Positions 28,664-37,244 of a stretch of 64,000 nucleotides of DNA are shown one piece after another (the stretch's first letter is position 1; each line of letters begins with the position of its first letter). The notes below the pieces were generated by a model, which saw only the letters and a program-made list of their open reading frames with translations, ran no database searches and was not told where the DNA came from. The position numbers were made by a program, and so were the translations under genes. Source of the stretch: Candidatus Xenobia bacterium (GTDB lineage: Bacteria > Vulcanimicrobiota > CADAWZ01); the NCBI GenBank assembly GCA_031551355.1, contig JAVBNT010000001.1, forward strand, positions 64,477 through 128,476, written 5' to 3'.

Positions 28664-29224
28664 TTAGCCAATCATAAACTTTTCGCCTATTTTCATAACT
28701 CCTGCCGCAGCAAGCGGGACTCCCACAAACGCACCGATTGCTCCACCGGCTATTTTTGCGGCCATTCCTCCGCCGAGGGCTGCTGCTCCTGATACTCCAA
28801 GAAATGCTCCTGCTCCCAGTGCTCCGATGACCGGTGCGGCAAACATAGCTCCGATGGCTGCTCCGGCTGCATACATAGGGGCGTTCCAGAGAAAATCTGC
28901 AACTTTATCTCCTATTTTGCTGAATATTCCCGGTTCGTCATTTTTGGTTTTAACTTCTTCTGTTTTATTTGCCGAATTTTTTGCAACCGGTTCCGGTGTT
29001 TTTATATCGGTGCCTGTTTTGTCTGCAGACTTATTTCCGAATTTAGGGTAGGGGAAATTTAATTCCATTAGTTCTAAATCGCTGATCTGTCCTGCATTAT
29101 ACTCGTCAAGTCCTTCGGTTATTTGCGGGTCCCAATATTTGCTGACTTTATTTTCAGAATTTGTATTATTGCTATGATTAATGTTTTGAATACTTGAATT
29201 TAATGAGGGTCCTATATTGTTCAT
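28664..29224 (-). CDS. Paralogous glycine-zipper membrane protein. Start reassigned to the ATG at 29224 with an AAGGAG SD.
   Basis: C-terminal GAAIGAMFAAPVIGALGAGAFLGVSGAAALGGGMAAKIAGGAIGAFVG. MELNFPYPK motif. N/S-rich N-terminus. Confidence 0.5.
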   Translation of the reverse strand: MNNIGPSLNSSIQNINHSNNTNSENKVSKYWDPQITEGLDEYNAGQISDLELMELNFPYPKFGNKSADKTGTDIKTPEPVAKNSANKTEEVKTKNDEPGIFSKIGDKVADFLWNAPMYAAGAAIGAMFAAPVIGALGAGAFLGVSGAAALGGGMAAKIAGGAIGAFVGVPLAAAGVMKIGEKFMIG

Positions 29225-29749
29225 AGATATTACACACTCCTTAAACATAAATTATAGAATTTATCAATATAAACATTGATTTTACACCCAGTTACTATTA
29301 TATTTCCAGGAGGGAAATACTGCAACTTTTATTTTGTTAAAAGTATGTAACTTTTTAGTATTGTTAATGTTTATTAAATTTTTATAATGTTTTGAATTTT
29401 GGAAAGGATTTTATCCTGATTTTTTAGAAAATATTTAATAATTATTTAATAATTGATTTTTAGTTAATATAATTATTAATATTAACAACAATCAGTTTAT
29501 ATGTTTAACGGTTTATGGAGTTGTTGGGTCCGTTATTTGAATCCTTAAAAAAATCCGCTGCTGACAGGCAATATGTTTTTTATGACCTTACGCCCGGCCT
29601 TTATTTTCCCTGTGTATATAGCGAATATTTGCTGCAAAAGTAAAGTATTTTGCTTACATGTCTAATTTTTACAAGTATTCTGTTGTTAATTATGCGTTCT
29701 GTGCGTTTTAAAACCGGAGACTTGTTTTGTTTTTTAGGAGGTTGTCAAA

Positions 29750-30286
29750 ATGGGTAATATATTTTTGAATGACAAAGACCACAGTGTCTTTTCATGGGAG
29801 AAACTAGGTAATATAAAGGAAGGGCGCGGTGATTTGGGGGAAGATGTTCCGGTGCTGGTATACAGGCTTATGCAGTTTACAATGCTTGACGTCCTGACTA
29901 AGAATTTTGGGCGTAAAAAGGCCAATGAGTGTTTACAGGAAGCCGGGTTTCTTGCCGGAACGGAATTTGCCCGAAATGTGCTTGATTTGAATGTAGATTT
30001 TAATACGTTTGTTGCTAATTTGCAAAAAGCGTTGAAGGATTTAAAAATAGGTATTCTGCGTATGGAGTTTTTTGATGAAAATACGGGAGAAATTGTCCTG
30101 ACTGTGGGACAGGATTTAGACTGCAGCGGACTGCCAATTACGAATGAAACAGTTTGTGATTACGATGAGGGGTTTATAGCCGGGATCCTTGAACTGTATA
30201 CCGGTAAATCTTATTCTGTGCGTGAGGTTGATTGCTGGGCCAGCGGCGACAGGGTATGCCGTTTCCGTGGGGTTCTCAAACAATAG
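29750..30286 (+). CDS. V4R (vinyl-4-reductase / hydrocarbon-binding) domain protein.
   Basis: 178 aa. Conserved Cys pattern near the C-terminus (CSGLP...C...C...CWASGDRVCRF) typical of V4R domains. Confidence 0.55.
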   Translation: MGNIFLNDKDHSVFSWEKLGNIKEGRGDLGEDVPVLVYRLMQFTMLDVLTKNFGRKKANECLQEAGFLAGTEFARNVLDLNVDFNTFVANLQKALKDLKIGILRMEFFDENTGEIVLTVGQDLDCSGLPITNETVCDYDEGFIAGILELYTGKSYSVREVDCWASGDRVCRFRGVLKQ

Positions 30287-30299
30287 AAAGCAGGCTTTT

Positions 30300-32720
30300 G
30301 TGGAAGAATGTACTGAATATTCGGACGAAATCAGAGACACATTAAAATCCGTTGCCGATACTTGTTTTGCTTATTTACGTGATGTTATTTACGATCCGGC
30401 GCACGCTTCGCTGGATCTCACACAATTACCGGAAGAGTTTGTTGACTTGGGTAAGGGGTTGCGCTTTTTCTGTGATATTGTAATTGAAACCAGAAATCTT
30501 GCCAAAGAGCTGGCCGGCGGAAATTTACAGTGCAAATTGCCGTCGCCGGGCAATGAAATAGCCGCTCCGCTTAAGACGCTGCATGCATCTCTGAGCCATC
30601 TTACCTGGCAGACTCAGCAGGTGGCAAAAGGTGATTATCAGCAGCGTGTCGAGTTTATGGGCGCTTTTTCGGAAGCATTCAACAATATGGTTAAACAGTT
30701 GGAACAGCGGCAGAGAATCACCCTTGATGAAAAATCAAGGCTTGAAATGTATGTGAATCTGGTGCTTAAGAACTGTCCTGATCCGGTAATTTTATTTGAC
30801 CGCAGCGGACAATTGGCTTATGCCAGCGATTCTTTTCTGCTATGCTGCGGCATTTCGCAAATCGACGGAATTTTAGGAAAAAAAATAGGTGAATTGTTTG
30901 CGCCCGTTGTCTCCGTTGACTTTTTAAGTGATCTTGAGATCCTGTTTGATGCCGCTGCAGTTGAGGCGCTTACAGTGAAAATAGGACAGGAGATAGATTT
31001 CAGCAATAGTGGAAATATGCGTAATTACCAGATACAGATAACGCCTATGCTGGAAGCCGGTGGTAATGCCGGTGTAATGGTTCTTCTCCATGACAATACT
31101 GACATTGAGCGGGCACTCAGCGAAGCTGAGAGGCTGCGTGCGCTTGCGGAGCAATCTTCAAGAGCCAAGTCGCTTTTTTTGGCCAACATGAGTCATGAGA
31201 TACGTACGCCGATGAATGCGATTATCGGCATGACTATGATCGGAAAATCTGCGGATGATATCGCCCGCAAGAACTATTGCTTTACGAATGTTGAAAATGC
31301 TTCGAAGCACCTGCTTGGCGTGATCAATGATATTCTGGATATGTCTAAAATTGAGGCTAACAAGTTTGAGCTGTCACCGGTAGAGTTTGATTTTGAAAAC
31401 ATGATTAAGATGGCTGTGAATATCGTAAATCTGCGTATTAGTGAAAAGCAACAGAAATTTATGATAAATATCGATCCCCAAATACCTGCGGCTCTTATAG
31501 GCGATGATCAACGGTTAGCCCAGGTAATAACTAATTTATTGGGGAATGCGGTCAAGTTCACACCGGAGGACGGTTCCATTTATCTTGATACACAGTTTTT
31601 GAGTGAAGAAAACGGCGTCTGCACGGTAAAAGTGTCTGTGACCGACACCGGTATCGGTATTACTCCAGAACAGCAGCTTCTTTTATTCAAATCCTTTCAG
31701 CAGGTGGAAAATTCGATGTCGCGCAAATTTGGGGGAACGGGGCTGGGGCTCTCCATTTCTAAAAACATTATTGAAATAATGGGTGGAAGTATATGGGTGG
31801 AGTCCGAGTTTGGCAGAGGTTCTACTTTTGCCTTTACCGTTAAGCTTGCGCGCGGAGAGGACAGAAAGCAGGAATTAAAGGGGGTAAGCGTAGATTGTAG
31901 CCATCTTCGTATTCTGGCAATAGACGGTGATGCGGACGTGTTGAACTGTTTTAAGAATATATTAAATGGCTTTGGCGTCTCCTGTGACACGGCTTCGAGT
32001 TCAGAAGAAGCTTTCCGGATGATTGAGCTGAATGGTGCTTATAATATCTATTTTGTGGACTGGAATCTGCCTGGTACTGACGGCATAAAATTAATAAAGG
32101 CTATCCGTGAAAAAGAGCAGGGCACTCCCGGCATTGCCGCACTGATTCTTTCGGATGCCGAACGTCTTATTGTTGAGGATGAGGCAAGGAGGTCCGGTAT
32201 CGCCGACTTTCTGTCAAAGCCCTTGTTTCCGTCTGCCGTTGCTGATATTATCGGCAATTCTCTCGGTGCCGTAAAATGTATGAAAGAGCCGCTGCCGGAT
32301 TCGGCCGGCATATTCAAGGGCCGCTGCATTCTTCTGGCTGAAGATGTGGAAATTAACCGTGAAATTGTAATAGCTTTGCTTGAGTCCACGCTTTTAAGTA
32401 TTGAATGCGCGGAAAATGGTGTTGAAGCTGTGCGTATGTTCCGTGAAGCCCCGGATAAATATGATATGATTTTTATGGACTTGCAGATGCCTGAAATGGA
32501 CGGCTATGAAGCCACCCGCCAAATCAGAGCGCTTGATGCTCCGCAGGCTAAAACCATTCCCATTATTGCAATGACTGCCAATGTCTTTAAGGAAGATATT
32601 GAAAGAAGCTTTGCCGCCGGTATGAATGGTCACGTCGGCAAACCTCTTGATTTTGATGAGGTGCTGGAAAAACTGTGCAGTTACCTGCCTAAAGGCATTT
32701 GCGGCAATGCTGCCCGCTAA
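30300..32720 (+). CDS. Cytoplasmic hybrid sensor histidine kinase with two C-terminal receiver domains. The track ORF starts at 30189 inside the V4R gene. The in-frame GTG at about 30300 is proposed as the start.
   Basis: HisKA LANMSHEIRTPMNAIIGMT, HATPase G-boxes, REC1 (ILAIDGD...DWNLPGTDG), REC2 (ILLAEDVEIN...MDLQMPEMDG). No TM segments. Confidence 0.75.
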   Translation: MEECTEYSDEIRDTLKSVADTCFAYLRDVIYDPAHASLDLTQLPEEFVDLGKGLRFFCDIVIETRNLAKELAGGNLQCKLPSPGNEIAAPLKTLHASLSHLTWQTQQVAKGDYQQRVEFMGAFSEAFNNMVKQLEQRQRITLDEKSRLEMYVNLVLKNCPDPVILFDRSGQLAYASDSFLLCCGISQIDGILGKKIGELFAPVVSVDFLSDLEILFDAAAVEALTVKIGQEIDFSNSGNMRNYQIQITPMLEAGGNAGVMVLLHDNTDIERALSEAERLRALAEQSSRAKSLFLANMSHEIRTPMNAIIGMTMIGKSADDIARKNYCFTNVENASKHLLGVINDILDMSKIEANKFELSPVEFDFENMIKMAVNIVNLRISEKQQKFMINIDPQIPAALIGDDQRLAQVITNLLGNAVKFTPEDGSIYLDTQFLSEENGVCTVKVSVTDTGIGITPEQQLLLFKSFQQVENSMSRKFGGTGLGLSISKNIIEIMGGSIWVESEFGRGSTFAFTVKLARGEDRKQELKGVSVDCSHLRILAIDGDADVLNCFKNILNGFGVSCDTASSSEEAFRMIELNGAYNIYFVDWNLPGTDGIKLIKAIREKEQGTPGIAALILSDAERLIVEDEARRSGIADFLSKPLFPSAVADIIGNSLGAVKCMKEPLPDSAGIFKGRCILLAEDVEINREIVIALLESTLLSIECAENGVEAVRMFREAPDKYDMIFMDLQMPEMDGYEATRQIRALDAPQAKTIPIIAMTANVFKEDIERSFAAGMNGHVGKPLDFDEVLEKLCSYLPKGICGNAAR

Positions 32721-32876
32721 TTGTTTTTTATATTATCACCTTAATTAATGAATCTTTATTATTTTTGATTTTAGAAAGGGTTTTGTCTTAACTGTTTAGA
32801 AGAGTATTTTAAATAAATCATTTTATAATATTGTCGATATGTTGTGTATTTTCCTGAGTCGGTTTAAGGAGTTTTT

Positions 32877-33671
32877 ATGAGACTGAAAATAGGCTTGCTG
32901 ACTGATGAAACAAATGGCATTTTGCCGGTAAATTATCAATACCCTCTTTCTTCGGCAATATACAGAATAATATCAAGCTCTGATCAGGCTTATGCCGAAT
33001 TTCTTCATAGTCATGGTTATCAAAAAACAGGTTCTCTTAAGACATTTAAACTCTTCACTTTTTCCGATTTAAAAACCCCGTTTAAAATTAACAAAGACCG
33101 CCTCATTATGACTTCTAATGAGGCTAATTTTATTGCATGCTTTCATATGCCTGAAGCTCTGACGCATTTTGTTCAGGGCCTGTTTCTGAACGAGCATATA
33201 GATATTGCCGACAAGATAAGCCGCGTCAGGTTTGCGGTCAAACAGGTGGAGACGCTGCCGTTGTTTCCTGATTCCGGGGATGATTTATTGGAGGTTATCC
33301 TGCAGCCGCTGTCTCCATTGGTAGTATCTGTCGTCAATGAGAATGATCGTCAGGACTTTCTGTATCCCGGAGACGAACGTTTTGCAACTGCTCTTTTGAG
33401 TAACTGGAAGGACAGGTATTCCGTTGTTTACGGCAAGGAGCAGGCCGATGTGGATTTTGAAGAGGCTTATGTTGCGGTTGTTAATCCGGAGAAGGCAAAA
33501 TCGCGTTTGATTACCATTAAATCGGGGACTAGGGCAGAAACGAAGATCAGGGGGATGGTTGGGTTTAAAATCCGTGTGATCGCCAAGGCGAGGGTTTTAA
33601 ATCTGGCGCTTGATGCCGGGGTAGGGAGGTATTGTTCGCAGGGATTCGGGTGCATGGGGGTTGTGGGGTAA
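32877..33671 (+). CDS. cas6: CRISPR-associated endoribonuclease Cas6. Orphan: no array or other cas genes in the window.
   Basis: 264 aa. N-terminus MRLKIGLLTDE...PVNYQYPLSSAIYRII...YAEFLH closely resembles archaeal/bacterial Cas6. C-terminal glycine-rich loop GFGCMGVVG. Confidence 0.7.
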   Translation: MRLKIGLLTDETNGILPVNYQYPLSSAIYRIISSSDQAYAEFLHSHGYQKTGSLKTFKLFTFSDLKTPFKINKDRLIMTSNEANFIACFHMPEALTHFVQGLFLNEHIDIADKISRVRFAVKQVETLPLFPDSGDDLLEVILQPLSPLVVSVVNENDRQDFLYPGDERFATALLSNWKDRYSVVYGKEQADVDFEEAYVAVVNPEKAKSRLITIKSGTRAETKIRGMVGFKIRVIAKARVLNLALDAGVGRYCSQGFGCMGVVG

Positions 33672-33694
33672 GCTAAAGATATAGTGATTTGCCG

Positions 33695-33745
33695 TCATCG
33701 CGAGCCGTTAGGCGTGGCGAGCCAGGGTGTGCGTGGTTGTTGCCC
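33695..33745. repeat. Degenerate fragment related to the internal core of the MITE-like element.
   Basis: gccgtcatcgcgag ... ccgttaggcgtggcgagcca compared with MITE core gccgtcatcgcgagtcc...ccgctgtggcgaacca. Confidence 0.3.
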
Positions 33746-34574
33746 CTGTTTTTATGAAGATAAACTTAAACAGGAATTAGTGTTTCAAGGGGGGGGTGTC
33801 ATTCCCATGTAGACGGGAATCCATCTTCGTAGGATGTCCGGAGACCATTGGGCCAGTCCGATCCGCTATTGTTTTATGTGCAGGAACAAAGAAACTCCCG
33901 ACAGCGACCATTTTACGCGTATTTTAATTTGGACAAACCTCAATGCAGCTTACTTCTTGTTGTGACCAGCACAACAAGAAGTGGTACCCTAACGGGCACC
34001 ATTTTGATTTATATTGGACGGCCTCCGCCGCATTTTATGTTCAAATCTGCGACGCTGTTCGGTTTGATGGAATCCATAAAAAATACGCGAATGGTTCCCG
34101 TTATCTCCGTTAAAGGTTCCTGCACATAAAACAACCGCATATATTCTGTGGAAGTGCCCATTGTAAGAAGGAAGATTACAATAATCTTGTCACAGCGGTG
34201 CAGAAACATGTTGTAAAGGTGAAGAAGGAGCGAAAGCTAGAAAAGCTATTCAAGCAGCTGAAAAAACTATAGTTGGTCTGAAGGCTAAATTTGTGGAGCT
34301 GCCGTAACAAAATAATTTCTATAAATTTATTATTGGGTAGCACATGGACTTACTCTTCTGCCGGGCATGGAGAAAGATCCGCAGCAGACACGGGATTTGC
34401 GGTGATATGAGATAAGTGATAGACCATCATATTCAATATGACATAAAAAGGGCTGTGAATCATCAACATCGTGGAGCATTAGAAATTTGTCAAAAGATGT
34501 ATATAGGTGCTATAATTCATTGGCGAGATGAGTTCAATAAATTTTCCTACTATTGTGAAGTATGCGCGCTAAAA

Positions 34575-34608
34575 GTAAGGCATGTGCCATTTTTCTTGGC
34601 ACGTGCCT
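34575..34608 (+). terminator. Perfect 13-bp-stem hairpin upstream of hsdM (aaggcatgtgcca-tttttctt-ggcacgtgcctt). Terminator-like insulator.
   Basis: Read directly. Followed by an A-rich stretch. Confidence 0.35.
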
Positions 34609-34745
34609 TAAAAAATCAGTTTTGTTACAATCAGTAGATGGGAAAACGGCAGAACTCACCCAAACAAGATGGCAAAGTCTGTGTTCTTCGATTTCTGTGA
34701 ACAAAAAGGGATTAACGCGGAAGCCATGCTCCAGAAAAAAGGTAA

Positions 34746-37244
34746 ATGAGAGAAATAACGATTATGGCTATCAAGAAGAGTGAGATTTACAGCCAAATAT
34801 GGGCTGCTTGTGATAAACTACGCGGAGGCGTTGAGCCTGCGCGTTATAAGGATTATATTCTGACATTATTGTTTGTCAAATATGTTTCTGACCGCTTTAA
34901 GAGCAACGATATGTGGGATATCGAAGTCCCGCAGGGCGGCAGTTTTGATGATATAATTAAGCTCAAAGGTACTAAAAATATTGGCGAGGGCATCAATATT
35001 GCTATTGGCGCACTCGCAGAAGCAAATGAATTAAAAGGCATTATTGATATTGCCGATTTTAACAGCGAGGAACTTGGCACTGATAAAGAGGCCGTGGACA
35101 AGCTCTCCGGCTTGATAGAGATATTTCAGAAGCCGGAGCTTGATTTTACGTATAACCGCGCAGGTGGTGATGATATTCTTGGCGATGCTTATGAGTATTT
35201 AATGCAAAATTTTGCCAAGGATTCCGGCAAGAGTAAAGGGCAATTTTATACGCCTGCCGAGGTTTCCCGTATTATTGCACAGATTATCGGAATTGAGCAG
35301 GCAACAGGAACGGACAAAACCCTTTACGATCCTGCGTGCGGTTCGGGTTCGCTGCTGATTCGCGCTGCGGATGCTGCCCCGAAAAAAACAGATGGAACTC
35401 CGAATGTAGCAATCTACGGACAAGAGATAACGAAAGAGACCGCTGGCCTTGCCCGTATGAACTTTGTACTGCACAATATGGCGGCGGCTGAGGTTGCCGG
35501 AAACAAGAGCACACTTGCCAATCCACATTTCAAAGATGAGCGCAATCCCAATCTGCTTAGAACTTTTGATTACATCGTTATGAATCCGCCGTTCTCCTAT
35601 AAGTCTTGGATGGACGGAATGAATATAACTGTCAAAGGTGATGTGGCAACAGAACCGTTTGGCCGCTTTGATGGCTACAAAGTGCCGCCGGAAAAGAATG
35701 GTGATTATGCGTGGTTCCTCCAGGTGCTGCGTTCATTGAAATCCGCAGGTAAAGCCGCTGTCATATTACCACACGGTGTATTGTTCCGTGGAAATTCAGA
35801 AGCGGATATCCGCAAAGAGATTATTGACCGGGGCTATATCAAGGGGATTATTGGACTTCCTGCTAACTTATTTTTTGGAACGGGTATACCCGCCTGCATT
35901 ATCGTGATTGATAAAGAGGATGCAGCAGAGCGTAAGGGCATTTTTATGATTGATGCCTCAAAAGGTTTTATCAAAGACGGTAATAAAAATCGCCTGCGCG
36001 AACAGGACATCCATAAGATTGTTACGGTATTCAATGGGCAGATTAAGCTGGACAAATACTCCCGCTTCGTGCCCAACGATGAAATCAAGAATACTAACGA
36101 GTATAACCTGAACATTCCCCGCTATATTGATAGCAGTGATCCGGAAGATTTGCAGGACATCAATGCGCATTTGAACGGTGGTATTCCTGCGGTTGATATT
36201 GAAAACAAGGCGGAGTTCTGGAAGGTCTATCCTTCCATGAAGGCAATGTTGTTCAAGCCTCTGCGCGATGGATATTATCAGCCAGTTATAGAAAAGGACG
36301 ATGTGGTCGGCGCTATCACCTCTCATACGGAGTTTATCAGCCACGCCAATATGGTGGATGGCGCGTATTCGGCATGGAAGGAAAAGGTCACACCTAAGCT
36401 GATGAACCTGAACCAAGGGGACGAGCCGAAGGCGATTATCTGTGAGTTGTCGGAATCGCTTCTTTCGGCATTTTCCGAAGTTCCATTGATTGATAAATAT
36501 GATGTTTACCAAAAACTCATGGAATACTGGGCGGACACCATGCAGGATGATGTATATGCTGTCTGCTTTGACGGCTACGGTGTTGGCCGCAAAATTTCCT
36601 ATGAATATGCCGTTAAGACGAAAAAGGTCAATGGCGTAAAAGTCGAAGAAAAGACCGACAAGGTAAAAAACTATGATGGAGAAATCATCCCCAAGGCGTT
36701 GCTGATTGAGCATTTCTACCCTGAAGAGCTAAGCGCCTTGCAAAAGCATCAGGGAGAGCTGGATGGCATTACGGCACAGCTTGAGGAGCTCGTGGAAGAA
36801 AACCACGGTGAGGACGGCTATTTTACGTCCTTAGACAATTTGAAAGACGCAACAATCAAAGCCCGCATAAAGGTTCTTAAAAAGGATGCCGACAGTGCGG
36901 TGGAGCTTGCTGTTTTAGAGGAATATCTGCTCTTGTCTGGCTATGGGTCTGACGCTAAGAAAATGTTGAAACAAGCTGATATGGCTCTGGATATGGCAGC
37001 AAGAGAAAATTACGAAAAGCTAACGGATACGGAGATCAAGCAGCTTTTGGTGGAAGAAAAGTGGTTCCGCGCTATTTATAATGGCATAGATGCCATTCAT
37101 TCCGCTGTATCGCACCGACTTTCTTACCGCGTCATCGAGTTGGTGGAGCGATATGAGTTTACACTGCCTGAATGCGAGGCGGAGGTTACTGCACTGGAAA
37201 GAAAGGTCAAATCTCATTTGGAAAGGATGGGGTTTGTATGGTAA
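34746..37244 (+). CDS. hsdM: Type I restriction-modification system, N6-adenine DNA methyltransferase subunit HsdM, with a long C-terminal coiled-coil extension.
   Basis: 832 aa. HsdM N-terminal domain, SAM motif DPACGSGSLL, catalytic NPPF (IVMNPPFSYKSW). Confidence 0.85.
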   Translation: MREITIMAIKKSEIYSQIWAACDKLRGGVEPARYKDYILTLLFVKYVSDRFKSNDMWDIEVPQGGSFDDIIKLKGTKNIGEGINIAIGALAEANELKGIIDIADFNSEELGTDKEAVDKLSGLIEIFQKPELDFTYNRAGGDDILGDAYEYLMQNFAKDSGKSKGQFYTPAEVSRIIAQIIGIEQATGTDKTLYDPACGSGSLLIRAADAAPKKTDGTPNVAIYGQEITKETAGLARMNFVLHNMAAAEVAGNKSTLANPHFKDERNPNLLRTFDYIVMNPPFSYKSWMDGMNITVKGDVATEPFGRFDGYKVPPEKNGDYAWFLQVLRSLKSAGKAAVILPHGVLFRGNSEADIRKEIIDRGYIKGIIGLPANLFFGTGIPACIIVIDKEDAAERKGIFMIDASKGFIKDGNKNRLREQDIHKIVTVFNGQIKLDKYSRFVPNDEIKNTNEYNLNIPRYIDSSDPEDLQDINAHLNGGIPAVDIENKAEFWKVYPSMKAMLFKPLRDGYYQPVIEKDDVVGAITSHTEFISHANMVDGAYSAWKEKVTPKLMNLNQGDEPKAIICELSESLLSAFSEVPLIDKYDVYQKLMEYWADTMQDDVYAVCFDGYGVGRKISYEYAVKTKKVNGVKVEEKTDKVKNYDGEIIPKALLIEHFYPEELSALQKHQGELDGITAQLEELVEENHGEDGYFTSLDNLKDATIKARIKVLKKDADSAVELAVLEEYLLLSGYGSDAKKMLKQADMALDMAARENYEKLTDTEIKQLLVEEKWFRAIYNGIDAIHSAVSHRLSYRVIELVERYEFTLPECEAEVTALERKVKSHLERMGFVW

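Noticed and set aside
30189-30299. Track ORF start for the hybrid kinase at 30189, which overlaps the V4R gene by 98 nt.
   Set aside because: There is no RBS, and the encoded residues overlap the conserved V4R C-terminus. The in-frame GTG at about 30300 just after the V4R stop is more plausible.
34031-34050. tRNA-like T-arm candidate (gttcaaatc) in the degraded region.
   Set aside because: There are no complementary stem sequences and no acceptor or anticodon arm context. I judge it to be chance.
33780-34200. Possible group II intron or ribozyme remnant (GUGCG-like start, G-rich run).
   Set aside because: No domain V-like hairpin or reverse transcriptase ORF was found. The signals are too weak.
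32721-34745. Looked for a CRISPR repeat-spacer array on both sides of cas6.
   Set aside because: No regularly spaced direct repeats of 24-40 bp were visible. Only irregular short similarities and a MITE-core fragment were found.
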